Made by a program: the position numbers and the translations under genes
Source of the DNA: Hydrolagus affinis
Lineage: Eukaryota
Reading direction: 5' to 3'
DNA length: 64,000 bases
Assembly: GCA_012026655.1 (NCBI GenBank)
Contig: JAAILG010000113.1
Coordinates: forward strand, 62,001 to 126,000
Part shown: positions 11,949-25,806 of the stretch, piece by piece
Numbering within the stretch: position 1 is the stretch's first letter
Layout: every line of letters begins with the position of its first letter
Notes under the pieces: generated by a model
The model's database searches: none
What the model was told of the DNA's origin: nothing
What the model saw: the letters and a program-made list of their open reading frames with translations, nothing else

Positions 11949-14817
11949 CTATCTGGCCCAACTGGTATTGTGCATTTTCAGTTTGCACATGGTGACACAT
12001 GGTGAAATTATTAACAATTTTTGTATTTGTTATAGTGACTGATGCCCTGGTACATCAATCTAGCAGAGTAGGGTCAGTCTAGCATCTATGATGTTGAAAC
12101 ATATCAAAGCAGTTGATGGGTAATTACTGTCAAGTATAGTGACTGCTTATTGGTAGGAAATTAAATACTAATATACCAGCTGATAGTTACCCAGACCTGC
12201 TACAACTGTTAACCCCCAAGTGCACAAAAATCAAATCAAAACAATTTTAAATTCAAAATAAAATGTTCCCGGAGCTTGTCCTGTTCTGCATTTGCCCCTC
12301 ACACCCCAGAAATATTAGAGCAAAGGGAGGCCATTTTATCCATTCGAGTCCCCTCCCTGAAGCATCTGCTCTACCACCATTCCCTGCTCGCTCCTCACAT
12401 CCATCAATATTATGTTCCGTCACATCCAGTTAGGAACTCGACCTTGAATGAATTCGGAACTATTCTCCCCCCTATCCATTTGTTAAATAATATTTAATAA
12501 TTCGCAGTTTACAATGTGTTTACTTTTGGGTTCTTCCTTCCAAAATCATTTTTTTTTGGAAAGGTGGGAACATCCTTCATTTATCCAAAAAGTATAACTG
12601 TTGCTGAAAAGCTGAAAGATCAATGAATGATCAAGAGAATCGGAACTGACGGTAGAAGTGGTGTCACATCACCCCTCGCCCCGAAGTGATTGCCGTAAAA
12701 ATACTTTCAGACTGTTCAAAACAGCTCCATAGAAAATAAGAAATGAAATGGGGAGCTTTCACAAACAAGAACCACGAGCACTTTAACACACAAGGTACAG
12801 GATTGTCTTTTTTACTGTACAGTCACACCAGACTTCAGGAGAGAATCATTGAAAAGTGTAGTGACTGTTCCTGCAGGCAAAACGTGGCACCAATCTCCCC
12901 ACAAATACCAGGCAAATGACTGATTCTGTCTGGGGGATTGTTGGCCAGGACCTGGGGGAAACCCATTTCTCTTTTCAAATACTCTGTACTGCCATCATGG
13001 CATCTTTAATGTCCACCTGTAAAGGCAAAAAAAAATACCAGCAACACTGACAAAACATGAGTTCCTCTGCACTGTCTTAGAGCGACCTGATCTATAATTG
13101 AAGTCCAGTCAGTAAGTCTACAGGGGGTAGATCACATCAGGAGTGGTTTGGGTGGAATGTGGTTCTAGTTAGCGATGAGGCAAGATTTCGTATTAAGAAA
13201 CCCCAGGTATTAGACTTATATGGTTTGAGGATTTCAATAGAGAGGGGAAAAAACGCCAAAGAGACGGGGGGGGGGAGGGTGGATCAAACCAGGGAGTCTC
13301 GACAAAGCTCTTGGAGGACAAATCAGTATTTGAAAAGAAAAATAGACAAATTTTCTGGGGGAGGTTTAATCGAAGTGTGACTGATGGCTCTCATGTTCCT
13401 GAACTCAACTGTAAAACTTATTTCAAGCCTAGCCAAGTCAAGCAACTGAGAGACCCTTGAAGTATGTTATCTTAATAGCCCTCATAACCCCATTATCACA
13501 GTCTCAACATTCAAAGTCCAATCTTGATTTGAGAACCAGGGCTAATGGGCGAGGAATCGATTTGAGCAGATGCTGTAAATACATCTCATACTTTTTCCAA
13601 CAAGACGCAAATGTGAAAGGGATTTTTTTTGGGGTGGGGGGAGATGGTGGGGGAGGGGGTGCGGGGGGAAAGAAAACACGGTTCCCTGCAGTTCTTAATA
13701 TAAATTAGAGAAAAGAGGCTTTTCCAAATAAAAATTTAATTTCAATTTCATCATTTTATATCATCTCAAATCTTCTTAAATCTGAACGATGTTCTCAAGA
13801 CTGAGACACAGATAAACTTCAGGTCTCTCTCTCTCTCTCACACGCACACACACACATTATTGGGGAGAGGAAAGCATGTAGGTAATTAGCTGATAGTATC
13901 CTTAAGAGTCCAGTACTGTATTCATGTCTCCACATTCTCAAGCCATTTACATTGCCAGGTTATTTTCGAAAAAAAATTAAACGTGTATAAAAGCAATATA
14001 CCCTCACCGATAATTTCGCCCACAAAACACGCAGTCAATCTACTTTACAACACATATAGATCCTGTATAGAGCCTATCAGGCGGTTTGAGGCGTCTCAAT
14101 AACACGATAGGGTTCTCTATCAAATGCACTAGTTACCTGTCAATTAATCCTTGAGCATCAATCTGGGATCCCTTTAACGAGGCGAATCCAAATCGCTGAG
14201 AGTCACAGATTCCCACCCGGATGGCAGAGGTGAGGAGGAGGAAATGTCAACCAGTCAAACCTCGGCGTCCTGCATTCTCAACAATCTAGGTCAGTCTTGA
14301 CTTGAAGGAGTTAAATCAGGTCTTGATGCCAACGGTTAGTGGTTCAATCCTCCGTGTGTTTCCTAGATTCCCGACAAGATATTGCTGAAGAAAGATTGTC
14401 TTCCCACCCACACCCCCTCCCCAACCAACCAAACCAACCAACCAAAATAAAAGGAAGGAACCATTTCGAGTTGATCTCACACATGACGCTCTGTCTCCAC
14501 GTGGGTGTCCCAGTGGTTTGGTTGTTGACTTTCAACCTCTTTTTAAGTCGTCGAATGCTGTTTGCAAGGGATTTACACACAGCTCCCCCGCGTTACTGCT
14601 GGTGTACATGACACACACACACACACTGCCTTCCTGACACAGGGGTTAACACAACCGGACACCAATCCCGATGGAGCGGTGGCCGCTGTTGTGACCACAC
14701 AGGGAGGTTCAGGAGGACAGCGAGCAACCTTCAGGAAGTCAGTCACCCCGACCAGACAGCAGTGACAGCAGGTCCATTTCACAAGGACAACAGCGGGAGA
14801 GACACACAAGAAATATC

Positions 14818-14966
14818 CACTCACTCAGTCACTCACTCAGTCAATCAGTCAGTTAGTCACTCACTCAGTCAGTCGCTCAGTCACTCACTCAGTCAGTCAG
14901 TCACTCATTCACTCACTCAGTCAGTAACTCACTCAGTTAGTCACTCACTCAGTCACTCAGTCAGTC
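14818..14966 (+). repeat. Compound (TCAC/TCAG)n tetranucleotide microsatellite
   Basis: tcactcagtcactcactcagtc.. over ~150 bp. Confidence 0.95.
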
Positions 14967-15977
14967 GCTCTGATTTTTTTTGCGTGGAAAATTCATTCAT
15001 TCCCTTGAATTTGTTGTTTTTTGTGGTAAGGAAACCTACCGCCATCAGAGAGAGAGAGCGTTCTGTACTTTAAGGCTGGCAAATACATAGTCCATTTGAA
15101 ACTGAGCGTTAAACCGCAACAGGGGCTGTTTGTACAACACTGAACACACAACAAGTCTCCACTTCACCAGCTGGGCTCTCCCTGCTCTGTGTGTGTCTCT
15201 CTCTCTCTCTGCCTCTCGTGTAGTGTTAACCGTGGATGGGCTATAACAGCCGATATAATACTGCTTCACTCGTATCTCTGTCCCTCCCTCCTCTCTCTCT
15301 CTCTCCCCCCCACCCCCCCAACACACACACAAAGATGAAGGTCAACCCTGGCTCCACTTTGCCAGTCGTGTCTCTCACAGGATCACATCCAAACGCTCTT
15401 GTGAAACAGTTTCCAACTGTATTTACCATCACTGCTGCAGAACTGTTAGCCTCACAGCTGTGATTCTGTCCCTCTCCTCCCCACACCCTCTCTCTCTTCG
15501 TTATAAGCATCAAGCCCGGGTCAGGGAGTTTGTGGGGCTGTTGAGTGAGGAAGGATTTTTCTGTGAGTAAATTAGCAGCCATGCCAATCATCCGGAATCA
15601 CCTCCACAAACATCCAGCATCTCTCCACACACACTCTCACTCACACACACTGCCTTGCCTGCCTGCCTGCCAACGCAGTCTGCCTGCTTCCACACACACA
15701 CACATCATGCCTTCAATTGTTTGGATTCAATTAGATGTTATTGCCTGCCCTGGTTTATCTCTAGCCAAGCAGCACATTTGCCAACTTCAAAACAATGATT
15801 TGCTTTTGTGTTTTGAACCTTTCCCCCCCACCACTCACTCCCTTTAACCTCCCCACCCCATCCACCCACCCAAACCCACCCACCTCCTTTCCTGAAAGTA
15901 CTGACTCATGTTCTCCCTTCCCACCCAATAACTCGCCCACCTAACCATCGTTAACGTGCAATTCCTAAAGTCCTGCC

Positions 15978-16284
15978 GAGTCCTGTAGCTCACTGGTTAG
16001 AGCACCTGCCTCACAAGCGAGAGACCTGGGTTCAACTCCAGGCAGGGCAAAACCAAGGGCAAGTTTCCTTACTCCACACGCCTGCTAATAATCCCTTTAA
16101 AAAAAAGTAATGATTTGGCCATTTCAATCCACGACTGTTTGTGGGACACTGTTGTGCGCAATTGGCTGCTGCGTTTCGCCCACATATATTCAGTCGATTC
16201 ACTTTACTGTATGTTCTGTGAAGCACTTTGAGACATCTAGAAGATGTGTAAAGTGCTATATCAAATGCAAGCATTATTATAATT
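15978..16284 (+). mobile_element. Full-length ~310 bp tRNA-derived SINE with L2-like tail
   Basis: Head gagtcctgtagctcactggttagagc (A box) and gggttcaactcc (B box); body gactgtttgtgggacac..ggctgctgcgtttcgccc; tail tatatcaaatgcaag(ATT)n. Confidence 0.9.
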
Positions 16285-17129
16285 ACTAAACCGTACAAGT
16301 CACACATCACGTGTGGGGTGCATCACGACTGAGCCATTCCTGTCCGTGCTCGATATTCACACAAACAGCAATAAACAAAATTACATTTATAGAGCGCCTC
16401 TCACATTGGGAGGACGTCCCACCCTCTCTGGCAGGGAATTTCTGGAGGATGATGAGGAATGAGAGCCCAGGCTGATGTTAATGGTTTATTATACATACAA
16501 ACATGAAATACAAACTTTCTTATCTCTAACTACGAAGCGAGAAACTCGCGTGTACCGTCTTGTAGTTTGCAATCTCATTTTTTTTTAACTTCCATTTTAA
16601 AATACTTTAAAGTACATTTTCATACCCTTTTTAATATAACTGTTTAATAGTCAAGGGAATTATTTTGGAATGTGTTCTAACATTGCCCTGTGTTTGTGGC
16701 TTGATGTAATACAAAGGGAGTATTTTACTCACGATCACCTATTCTGTGGGATGGAGTCAGGGCGTCTCCAAATGTCCATTTGGGGATTATTACCCCATCG
16801 AACGGCAGGTTGCTTTTAATCGTTATCCCTGGAGAAGCAATCTGCCAATCCACAGGTTAATAATCACTCCCAATTTTTAAAAAATAGTATTGTGATTTAA
16901 TCACTCACTCCATTGCTGTTTATGGGACACTGCTGTGTGCAATTGGCTGCCACATTTTGCCCACAAAATATTACAGTCAATTCACTTTACAGTACAGTAT
17001 GTTCTGTGAAGCACTTTGAGATGTCTCAACGATGTAATAAAGCACTGCATCAAAAACAAAGATTATTCCTATTAGAATTGGTTTCTCTGAATACGATTTT
17101 TACAAGACTCAGCTTCTCCTTTATCCTCA

Positions 17130-17545
17130 TATAGATTTTTGAAATGTGCCATTCAGTGGAAACAGACCATGCTAGTGTTTATACTCCACATTAATCTTCA
17201 CCCAGTCCTTGCTCTCTCCCTACATTGGCTTCTCCCTCACGTATATCTAGCTTCCGCTTAAATGCATCTATACTATCTGATTCAACCCCCACTTTGAGCA
17301 GTGAGTTCCACATTTTCAATACTCTTTGCGTAAAGAAGTTCTTTCCCTATTATTTTCTCCTATTACTACTGACCTTATTGAAAACCTTTTTACAATTATA
17401 AACACCTCTATTAGATCCCCTTTTAACCATGTCTTCTATCGTGAAAAAAACCCAACCTATCCAGGCTATCCTAATAACCCTCCAGCACTGGTATCATCCT
17501 CATTAACCTACGTTTGTACTCTATCCATTGCTGCTATATCCTCTC
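17130..17545 (-). mobile_element. Degenerate CR1 fragment
   Basis: gagttccacattttcaatactctttgcgtaaagaagtt and aacacctctattagatcccc are reverse complements of the CR1 FFTQRV..W and LRGDLIEV segments. Confidence 0.65.
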
Positions 17546-20500
17546 CCAGAATTTTCATTTGTTTGTACACATGTCTTTGCTCATCGAGGCACATCAATTG
17601 TGTGCAATCAAACAGATAAACTCACCCTCTTGCCCCTAACACACACACCCACACACACAGAGTTGTTCACTGAAACTTTCCTGGCTTCTCACCGTGTTGT
17701 CAATTCTTAAGGTTGAATTACATGATGTGCTACTTTCTGGGCTATAATCACACTCAAAACTCTAAACTCATGGCTCAAACGCTTATGCCTGGTTTCCAAC
17801 CATAAGCCAGAATGTAGCACATTGTTCAGCAGCAGCAAGATTGGAAGTAGGAAGTTTACCAAGTGTGGTGGGGTTAGAGTGGGGTTGCTGTGAAAAGCCG
17901 TGCAGATCCCTGGTTAATTTTTAATTTAAAGAGCTAGGCATGCAACCAGCTAATATACTGCTGGTAAGAGTGAGATTGTTTAATTGGTGTGAATTACAAA
18001 GCTCTGGTAGGTGAGATTTCATTGTCTCACGCACAAATTAGCAATGTTTAAATCTTCTGCCCAGTTTATTTTGTGGAGTTTTTTTGCATTAATTTGCTCA
18101 TCAGCTCATGCAAATATTCATACTATTATTACAGCATCATGTTAAACGAGTCCAATGTCTTGGTCCTTATCCCCCTTTCTCCTAACATTATCCAGCTATC
18201 GATTACACTCTGTGAATAAATACTTTCTGGTGTCTGCCTTGAATTTTGCCCTTCACATCTCTGAACCCTCTTGTCCTGCTGCTTCAGTGAAACTAAGTAT
18301 TGTTATTGGATTCTACATCATATTTAGTTTCTTATATTCCTCTAATAATGTCCCTATGGTTAAAACAATGCCTTGGGACATCCTCCCAAAATTAAAGGTG
18401 TTATGCAACTGACATTTTATATATTTTGTGTCTCCTTTCAAGGCTGAAGAGCTATAACTTATCTACCTCAACTGATGCTTCTGATTGCATCTCCTTCCCT
18501 TGGTTTCCAGGTTCCTTTCCTACCCAAATGTAATGAATGTTGAATCTGTTCACTTTCTCAAAGATTGAATGGTCCCCTTAATTACAAGAAGGTGAGACCC
18601 CAGTATGTCCACCCATCTACGTCTTCCCACTCATGGACTGCTGGCTTGGCATCAACATTACATTCTCTAAACTCACGGCTCACGAGGGTCCATCTGCTGG
18701 CAGGTGCCATACTTAACCACCTTCTGTCAGCCCAGGCTGTCTGACCAAAACTTGGCTGTCATACCCAAAGCTTGGCATGTATGTCAGAAATCCTCGTTCA
18801 CTTACACTAACTAAAGTCTTTTGACACATTTACACAAAATAGTGGAATCTATTTATAATGCACATTTGTAAGTGTTCCAGTCTTTCTTTCTCAGGGACAT
18901 TTTGCTGTTCATGCACCCAAGCATTAAAGAGAAAACATCTATTGATTTTCGTCAACTGTTTTTAAAACTAGCGTGCCGTTATTTCTTCCATTCAGATTCA
19001 TCATCATTCTCCAATTCTTTATTCATGAATTGTGAAGTCTTCGTTTCAAAGTAAATCATATTTTTGGGGAAATTTATCTTTCTGACATGAATGCATGAAC
19101 TGTAAATCGATCCATTCACAATACATTAGTGTAACAGGGAAGCGTGTCAGAGTGATTTCAGGACTGTCAGTCCAGAGTATTCAGCTCATCTCCTGAAGGC
19201 ACCGACTGGTGCTGGACTGGGGTTCAGCTTGCTTGGACCTTATCAAAATGGTCATTTTCACATGTGCCAACAAGTCAGTCAACTGTTTGCCCCACGGGGA
19301 AGCATCAATTATAATTTGTCCTCTCTCAACTGATAACCACATCAGAGAAGAGTTGGAACCTGTAATCCACCTAGTGAGGGCTCAAATATGTGCTTATTGA
19401 ATATCAAATGACCAACTTACATATAAATGTAATTTTGTTGTTGTTGTTGTTGTTGTTATGATTATCCTTGATGGGGGTTCAGGTAAACAGTGTTTCCTCA
19501 GAACTAATGGGATTCCAAAGTATCACCAGACACTGGAAAGTCAAGTCAGAATTACATCAACCCTCCATGGTGGTCTCCATATTCCAGTTCATGAACTAGG
19601 CAGGTCCTCAGTACTCCAGGCTACTGCTGATGACAGCATTGCCAGCCTGGCTCATTGGCAGCAATTGATAAGTTAGTCACTGGGAGCAAGGGTTCTTACC
19701 ACTGACCATTCAGCTCGTTCATTGGCTCTTGACTATCTGCACCTAATACTCTCTGGACAGCCACCAGTGTAGGTAACCAGGGTGCCACCTTCCAGGGAGA
19801 TTTCATGTTCAATTCCAGACAATTTCCTTGTATAGGTAGCAGCTTTCAATTCTCAGTGTGGTTTGGGTGCTGTTAAGCTCGGTGATGCGTTTCTGTGAGG
19901 GTCAGGTACTCGGCTGACAGAACCCCCCACCCCAAACACCCCCCCCACCCCCACACCACCCCCTCCACACACACATTCATCTTGGTGTCAACCTTTTCAA
20001 CACTCACGTCTGAGTTAGAAAGTTGTGCATTTAAGCCCCACTTTGGGACCTTGAACTCATATAGTCTAAGCTGAGACTTCAATGCAATGCTGGAGAATTG
20101 TTGCCTTGTTTGAAGTGCCCTCTTTTAGATAGGATGTTTAACTGAGTTACAGTCTACCTGTTCAGGGGTAAATTAAAGGTACATAGAAAACATATTCCAA
20201 ACGAGATTGTCCTGGCAAACAATCCCCAACATGAAATTGATCATTTACTCCATGCAGCTTGTGTAAATCGGCTGCTGCATTTATACAGTATATAATAAGA
20301 TCCACAGTCATTATACTTAATGGTATATTTTCTAAAGGTCTTTCAGGGTTCTGCCTGACATAACAAGCGCTATATCAAATGCAATGATCATCATTGTCTT
20401 ACAGGGAAGCGGGAGAGTTGTTCCCCTGTAAAAATACCCTAGAAATTCCCACCTTCCCTAACCTGAGGACATGTGTATCTCCGCCTAGACAGAAAGAGAA

Positions 20501-21557
20501 GAACTTGGATTTTTATAATGCTTTATCGGTGTAAAGCACTTCACAAGAATTACTACTAAGCGCAGTTTATAAGCAAACCTGACAACCATTTACACCAGCC
20601 AAGTCCCACAAACAGATGTGAGGTAAATGGCCAATTCATCTGAGGATTCTTACCCAGGACAGTAGTAATAATTTGCTTCTTTTCAAAAAGTTCCATGGGA
20701 TCTTTAGCATTCACTCAAACAGTCAGATGGGAGCTTGGTGTGGTATCTCATCTGTAGATCTCATGATAAGGATAATTTGAAAGATGGTTTCCCCGCAATT
20801 CTTAATCTTTCTTATCTAATTTCTCCACCTTTCTGGATACCCAAAGAATCCATCTATCTTTCTTTTAAGCATGACAATAGATTCAACATCTATGGCCTTC
20901 TGGGACATTTGATATTCTCACAAGTGTCTGGGAAAAGAAAAATGGTCTTGTCACTTTTAACAAATTTATCTTTATTTCAACATTATATTCCCCTTGGTGA
21001 ATTTCCCAAATAAATTGAAGAGTTGTGTCGTATCTACTTTGCCAATTCCCTTTCTTGTTTCAAAACCCTCAATCAGACCACCAGTTCATTACCAAGTTCA
21101 AGACACAATGCACATATGAGGAACAGCAAGTTATTAACACAAGAGAAGTGTACGGTATACACGTTATGCACAGCAGTACTGCAAACTGCACAATCAGCTA
21201 AACTATTTAACTTTTGCTATTCAATGGTATAACATGCTGAAATCTGACACTTCCTATTTATAGTAATGATGATATAGCACCATATCACATTGCGTTTCAC
21301 AGAATCAGCTAAGTTTGAAGAACAAATGCAACAGATAATCTGTGCCAGCAATGTCCCACATACAGCTGAGAGATGACTGTCCAATTAACCTTTTTTGGGG
21401 GTGAATTTGAACTTGATGGAAGAATAGCGAAAAGGGTACCAAAAGAAACTTCATGTCATTGGTTCAAATTAATATACAATAGATCACCACAAAAGCACGT
21501 GCCAGCTATCCACAAGTCCACTGATCCATATCAGGCTCCAAAGTGAAAGTGAATACA

Positions 21558-21800
21558 TAATAATCCCTCAAAAAAACAATAATAATTTGGTCACTTCAAT
21601 CCACGACTGCTGTGCATAATTGGCTGCTGCATTTCACCCACATGTACAGTCAATTCACTTTACACTTTACTCGAGACATCTAGAAGACGTGAAAAGCCCT
21701 ATATCAAATGCAAGGATTATTATTATTTCTGTATTATTATATTCAGTGAAGCGCTTTGAGACATGGAAAAGCACTATATCAAATGCAAGGATTATTATTA
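21558..21800 (+). mobile_element. 5'-truncated SINE with duplicated tail
   Basis: aaaagc.ctatatcaaatgcaaggattattatt occurs twice. Confidence 0.8.
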
Positions 21801-22539
21801 ATGTAAGGCTGAGAGTTATAGGTGAACACAGCACGTACGTACGGTTACTATTACGTGGGAGCTTGTAATGGGTCTGGTAATCTCTTGTGCATAATCAAAC
21901 TTTCTTTGCAAATAGAATGAAGGTAATTGTTTATTTAGCAATGTAGAGTCAGGGAAAGTTAGAGCAAGGGATGGAAAGAGAAAGATAGACATGGTAGAGA
22001 TTGAAAGAGAGAAAGAAACAGAGTCAAAGAGAAAGCGCTGGCACAATATATCTCCAAATTGAGCATTCATGTTAGCACTACAGTATAGTTAAATACTGTA
22101 TTTGCTTAGCCCTGTAACCAAATTTTGCAACATGATGTCCATTTAACTGCAAAGATTCCTCATGGTTGAGATTAGTGCAGATAATCAGCTCTTGACTAGT
22201 AATGATGAACTCAGTTTGTAGCTTGTTTCTGAGCCAGGACTCCACATCAGTGCTTTAAGCTCATTCCAGGCTGGTACTCAATACTGTGCATTCTTGCCTG
22301 TGCCATCCTTCAGATGTGATGTTAAACCTGTATCCATTCTGCATATTCAGGAACATTTTCAAGATCCCATGGCACAAATGTAATGAGACATGACCTGGCC
22401 AACAATTGCCTACGTAAATTAGCCATTCACTGCATGGCTGTTTGTGGGACTTTGCGGTGTGCAAATTGGCTGTCACATTCACCTACAAAATACATAGTCA
22501 ATACTCATGAAAAGTGCAAAATCAAATGCAAGGATGAAA

Positions 22540-22978
22540 AATGATCTTTGACCATCTATGATGTCAAATGTTTCAAAGTGGTTCACAGGCAATTGCTGTC
22601 AAGTTTTGTGAATGCATTTAGAGGTAAATACACCAGTCGATTTGTGTACAGTAATGACCTTCAAAGTTTACGTGGACCAGCTCACATCTCTTTATGTATG
22701 TGCCATAGCATGACCAATTTGGGGGGAGGGTTGATGCTCAGGCCACTAGGATAAACTCCTCTCTTCAAATAGTATCGTAGGGATTATCACACAAACCTGA
22801 ACTGGCAGACAGGGTCAAGGTTCAGCTCCTGATCCGAAGGATGTCACCTGTGATAATGATGTGCTCCCTCATTACTACATTGTAATGTCAGCCTTGTCTA
22901 CGAGCTCAAAATCCTTAAAACAGTGCTTCAAACCCACAACTGATCCAGAGGTCACAGTGTTACCAAGTTGAGCCACGG
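22540..22978 (-). mobile_element. Deu-domain SINE (further degenerate copies near 19995-20400, 22230-22535, 35245-35460, 46200-46690, 56755-56885)
   Basis: ggcagacagggtcaaggttcagctcctgatccgaagga..aacccacaac..tgagccac. Confidence 0.7.
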
Positions 22979-23117
22979 TGATACTTGTTTATAATGTGAA
23001 AAGTTCAGAAGCATTCTTTTATTCTAAACATTATATTACTAATGGCAAAAGCACATTGAGCAGAAATAGGGTTTTCTTCAGGGAAGCCAATGTATGTCAA
23101 GCAGATTAGTAAGATAA

Positions 23118-23322
23118 CAGTAATAATAATAATCCTTGCATTTGATATGGCGCTTTTCATGTCTTCTAGATGTCTCAAAGCTCTTCACAGAATATACTGT
23201 AAAATCATTTGACTGCATATTTGTGGGCGAAACACGGCAGCCAATTGCACAGTAGTGTCCTACAAACTGTCGTGGATTGAAATGACCAATTTTGTATTTT
23301 TTTTTCAAGGGCTTATTATCAG
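23118..23322 (-). mobile_element. 5'-truncated SINE
   Basis: Reverse complement of the SINE body and tail. Confidence 0.85.
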
Positions 23323-24564
23323 GTGAGATTATAAGATCTCAGTACTTCCTCCTGATGTGAAAGGCACTGTACAAATGTAATTTTGTTGTTGTTGTTGTTG
23401 GTGGTGGGATCTCAGGTTTCTATTCAGTTCTGATGAAATATCGTCTATGCAGGGGATCCCCTGGAAAATAACTGTTTTGACAGCAGCTACTTTGCTGCCA
23501 GCACACAACAGTTTGTGCCCTAACAGGTATCTGTCAGGCTCTACTTTCTCTGTGGAACATCGTGTGAAACAATTCTCACAAATGGCCATGTTCAGATCCA
23601 GTCAAGTGCTGCTCAAACCCACTGCTCTCTCACAAAGTGTCTGTTGTGCTCCTGTTTGTTCCCTCCCCCTACCCACTCATTCCCTTTGCTCCAACTTTCC
23701 TGTGTTTCTTCTTCCATGTCCCTTTTTGTCCACCTCACCACTGACAGTTTATCTTCCTCCCACAGCAGTCTGACAGCATCTCAATTCTCTGCCAATTTCA
23801 ATTCTGTCTGAGAGCAGATGCTGCATTATGTGAAAGCCTGGAGATGGATGGGGTATTCAATCTGCTGATAGAGGCAGGTGCAATCGTGCTGAGTTTCTAG
23901 CGAGGAGTCAAATACACTTTTTTTCTAGTTCATAATGTTCCTTTATCCAGGAATAGACACGTGTTACATCATTGTGGCAAGTACACAGAGTGTGTAGACA
24001 CATCTGAGGAAAGTTCCTACATTTTTGTTGCATGTGCTGTGGAAAGGAGGTTAGGTGATGTAATAGTACATGAGTGAGGTTAGGCTAGAGAGGAAAATAG
24101 TTGCAACTCATTGTGTGGATTAACTCCTAAACTGGTTTTATTTGGGAGATAGAATGTCTCCAGAAACAGCTTTCCAGGGTGGTGATAAAAAATAATCCCT
24201 GCGTTTGACATTGCGCTTTATCACGTCTTTAAAAAGTCTCAAAGCTCTTCAGAGAAGGCACTATAAAGCAAATTAACTGTATTTTGTAGTATCAAATGTA
24301 TCTCCCACACTTAAGATTTAGGCATAGGCTGAGTTTATTAGGCCTTGGAAAGGCTAAACCCCTCATACCCACCACCCAAAACTCACTGAATATCGTACAG
24401 GGGGGTTTTCTTGGTGCTGATATTAATCCTACAATCAATCGGCCATCACTATCGCTGTGTTTGTGCTGGGAATTGGCGAGCAAACAGGAGCATTGAGATG
24501 ATGTCCAGAGATACATATGTTGCTGTATGATTGGTCCCTTTGTATTCGTAATCTCGGATTTGTA

Positions 24565-25147
24565 TTAAAAACACTGATTTATGCAAACTCCCTGCTTGTC
24601 GGCTTTCCCAACTACTCTCCCCATAGGCTGCAGATCATCCAGAACTCTGCAGCATATGTCCCTCCCACACCAGGCTCCACACGTATCACTCCCATCCTCG
24701 CCTGACTCCACTGGCTCTCCATCACACAGAGGATACAGTTCAGGATCTTGGTCCTCACCTTCAAAGCCCTCCATGACCTTGCTTATCCCTACCTCCTAAT
24801 GCCTTCCCAATCTGCCCGCTTCTTCCGCTCAGCAGCTTCTTCCGCCTGCTTCACATCGCCTGCTTCGCCTGACCCACCATTGGTGGGTGGGCCTTCAGCC
24901 ACTTTGCCCCATCCTCTGGAACTCCATCCCATATTCCCTCTAGCTCAACCCCTCCCTTTGCTATGTTCAAGACCCTTCTCAATACCCTCCTCTTCGATCG
25001 TGCCTTCGAATAGCCTCCTTCCCCCCTGCCCTCCACCTTCCCCGATCCTGACCCCCAGCTCAGATCCAAAAAACTGAGTGTCCATTGCCTTGGAATGTTC
25101 CCCCATGTGAAAGGCTTTATACAAATGTCATTTTGTTGTTGTTGTTG
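24565..25147 (+). mobile_element. L2 LINE 3' fragment
   Basis: YANSLLVG..RLQIIQNSAA..ITPILA*LHWL..LVLTFKALHDLA; (TTG)n tail. Confidence 0.88.
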
Positions 25148-25746
25148 ACCGTAGTGGAAATTCCCCAGTTTCTCTGTTTTCTTAAAAATTTATACTGTAT
25201 TATAAAATCTGAGTGTTTGAGGATTTTGCTGTAGTGAGATTGACTATTTATTGAATTGCATTTTCTTGTCATTTACCAAGCATATAAGACTGTATGTCTC
25301 TTCACTAGATTTCAGCACTTATTTTCAGAAAAAAAATCACAGGAGATTAAATAAGCAAAAAATCCATGCGCCTTATTTTAGAAGTAGGTTGATTATGTAG
25401 CATTAAAAGCAAGTAAAAGGTCTTAAAAAGTAGCATCAGAAATGACTGAAAAAAGGCTGAAAATCCATGAGCTTTCAGGGACTTTTTGCCTTGACACTCA
25501 CCAGGGCTCAGCCTTACACCCCATGGATTGCTTTTGGTGGTCTCCAGACCCCTCACCTAAAATGTAATATCTCTGAATTGATGCCTCCGCTCTCACTCCC
25601 TCACATAAATGTCAAATTATGCCCATGGGTTGAAACCATGGCGCTGAGATGCATTTAAGAGTAATTCTTAAATTTAGCAGTTTGATGTTGCAATCGGAGG
25701 AACCTGTGATGGATATTCTGGAAGGATGAGTTCAAATGAGGCAAAG

Positions 25747-25806
25747 ATCCAAGCAGATCTTGTGATAACTATACTTATCCAAGTAGATCTTGTGATAACT
25801 ATACTT
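25747..25806 (+). repeat. 30-bp tandem duplication
   Basis: atccaag[c/t]agatcttgtgataactatactt, two copies. Confidence 0.95.

Noticed and set aside
14762-15073. ORF with HS(V/L)(T/S) repeats
   Set aside because: It is a translation of the TCAC/TCAG microsatellite.
15978-16045. tRNA gene
   Set aside because: It continues into a SINE body, has no proper acceptor stem, and the anticodon differs among copies.
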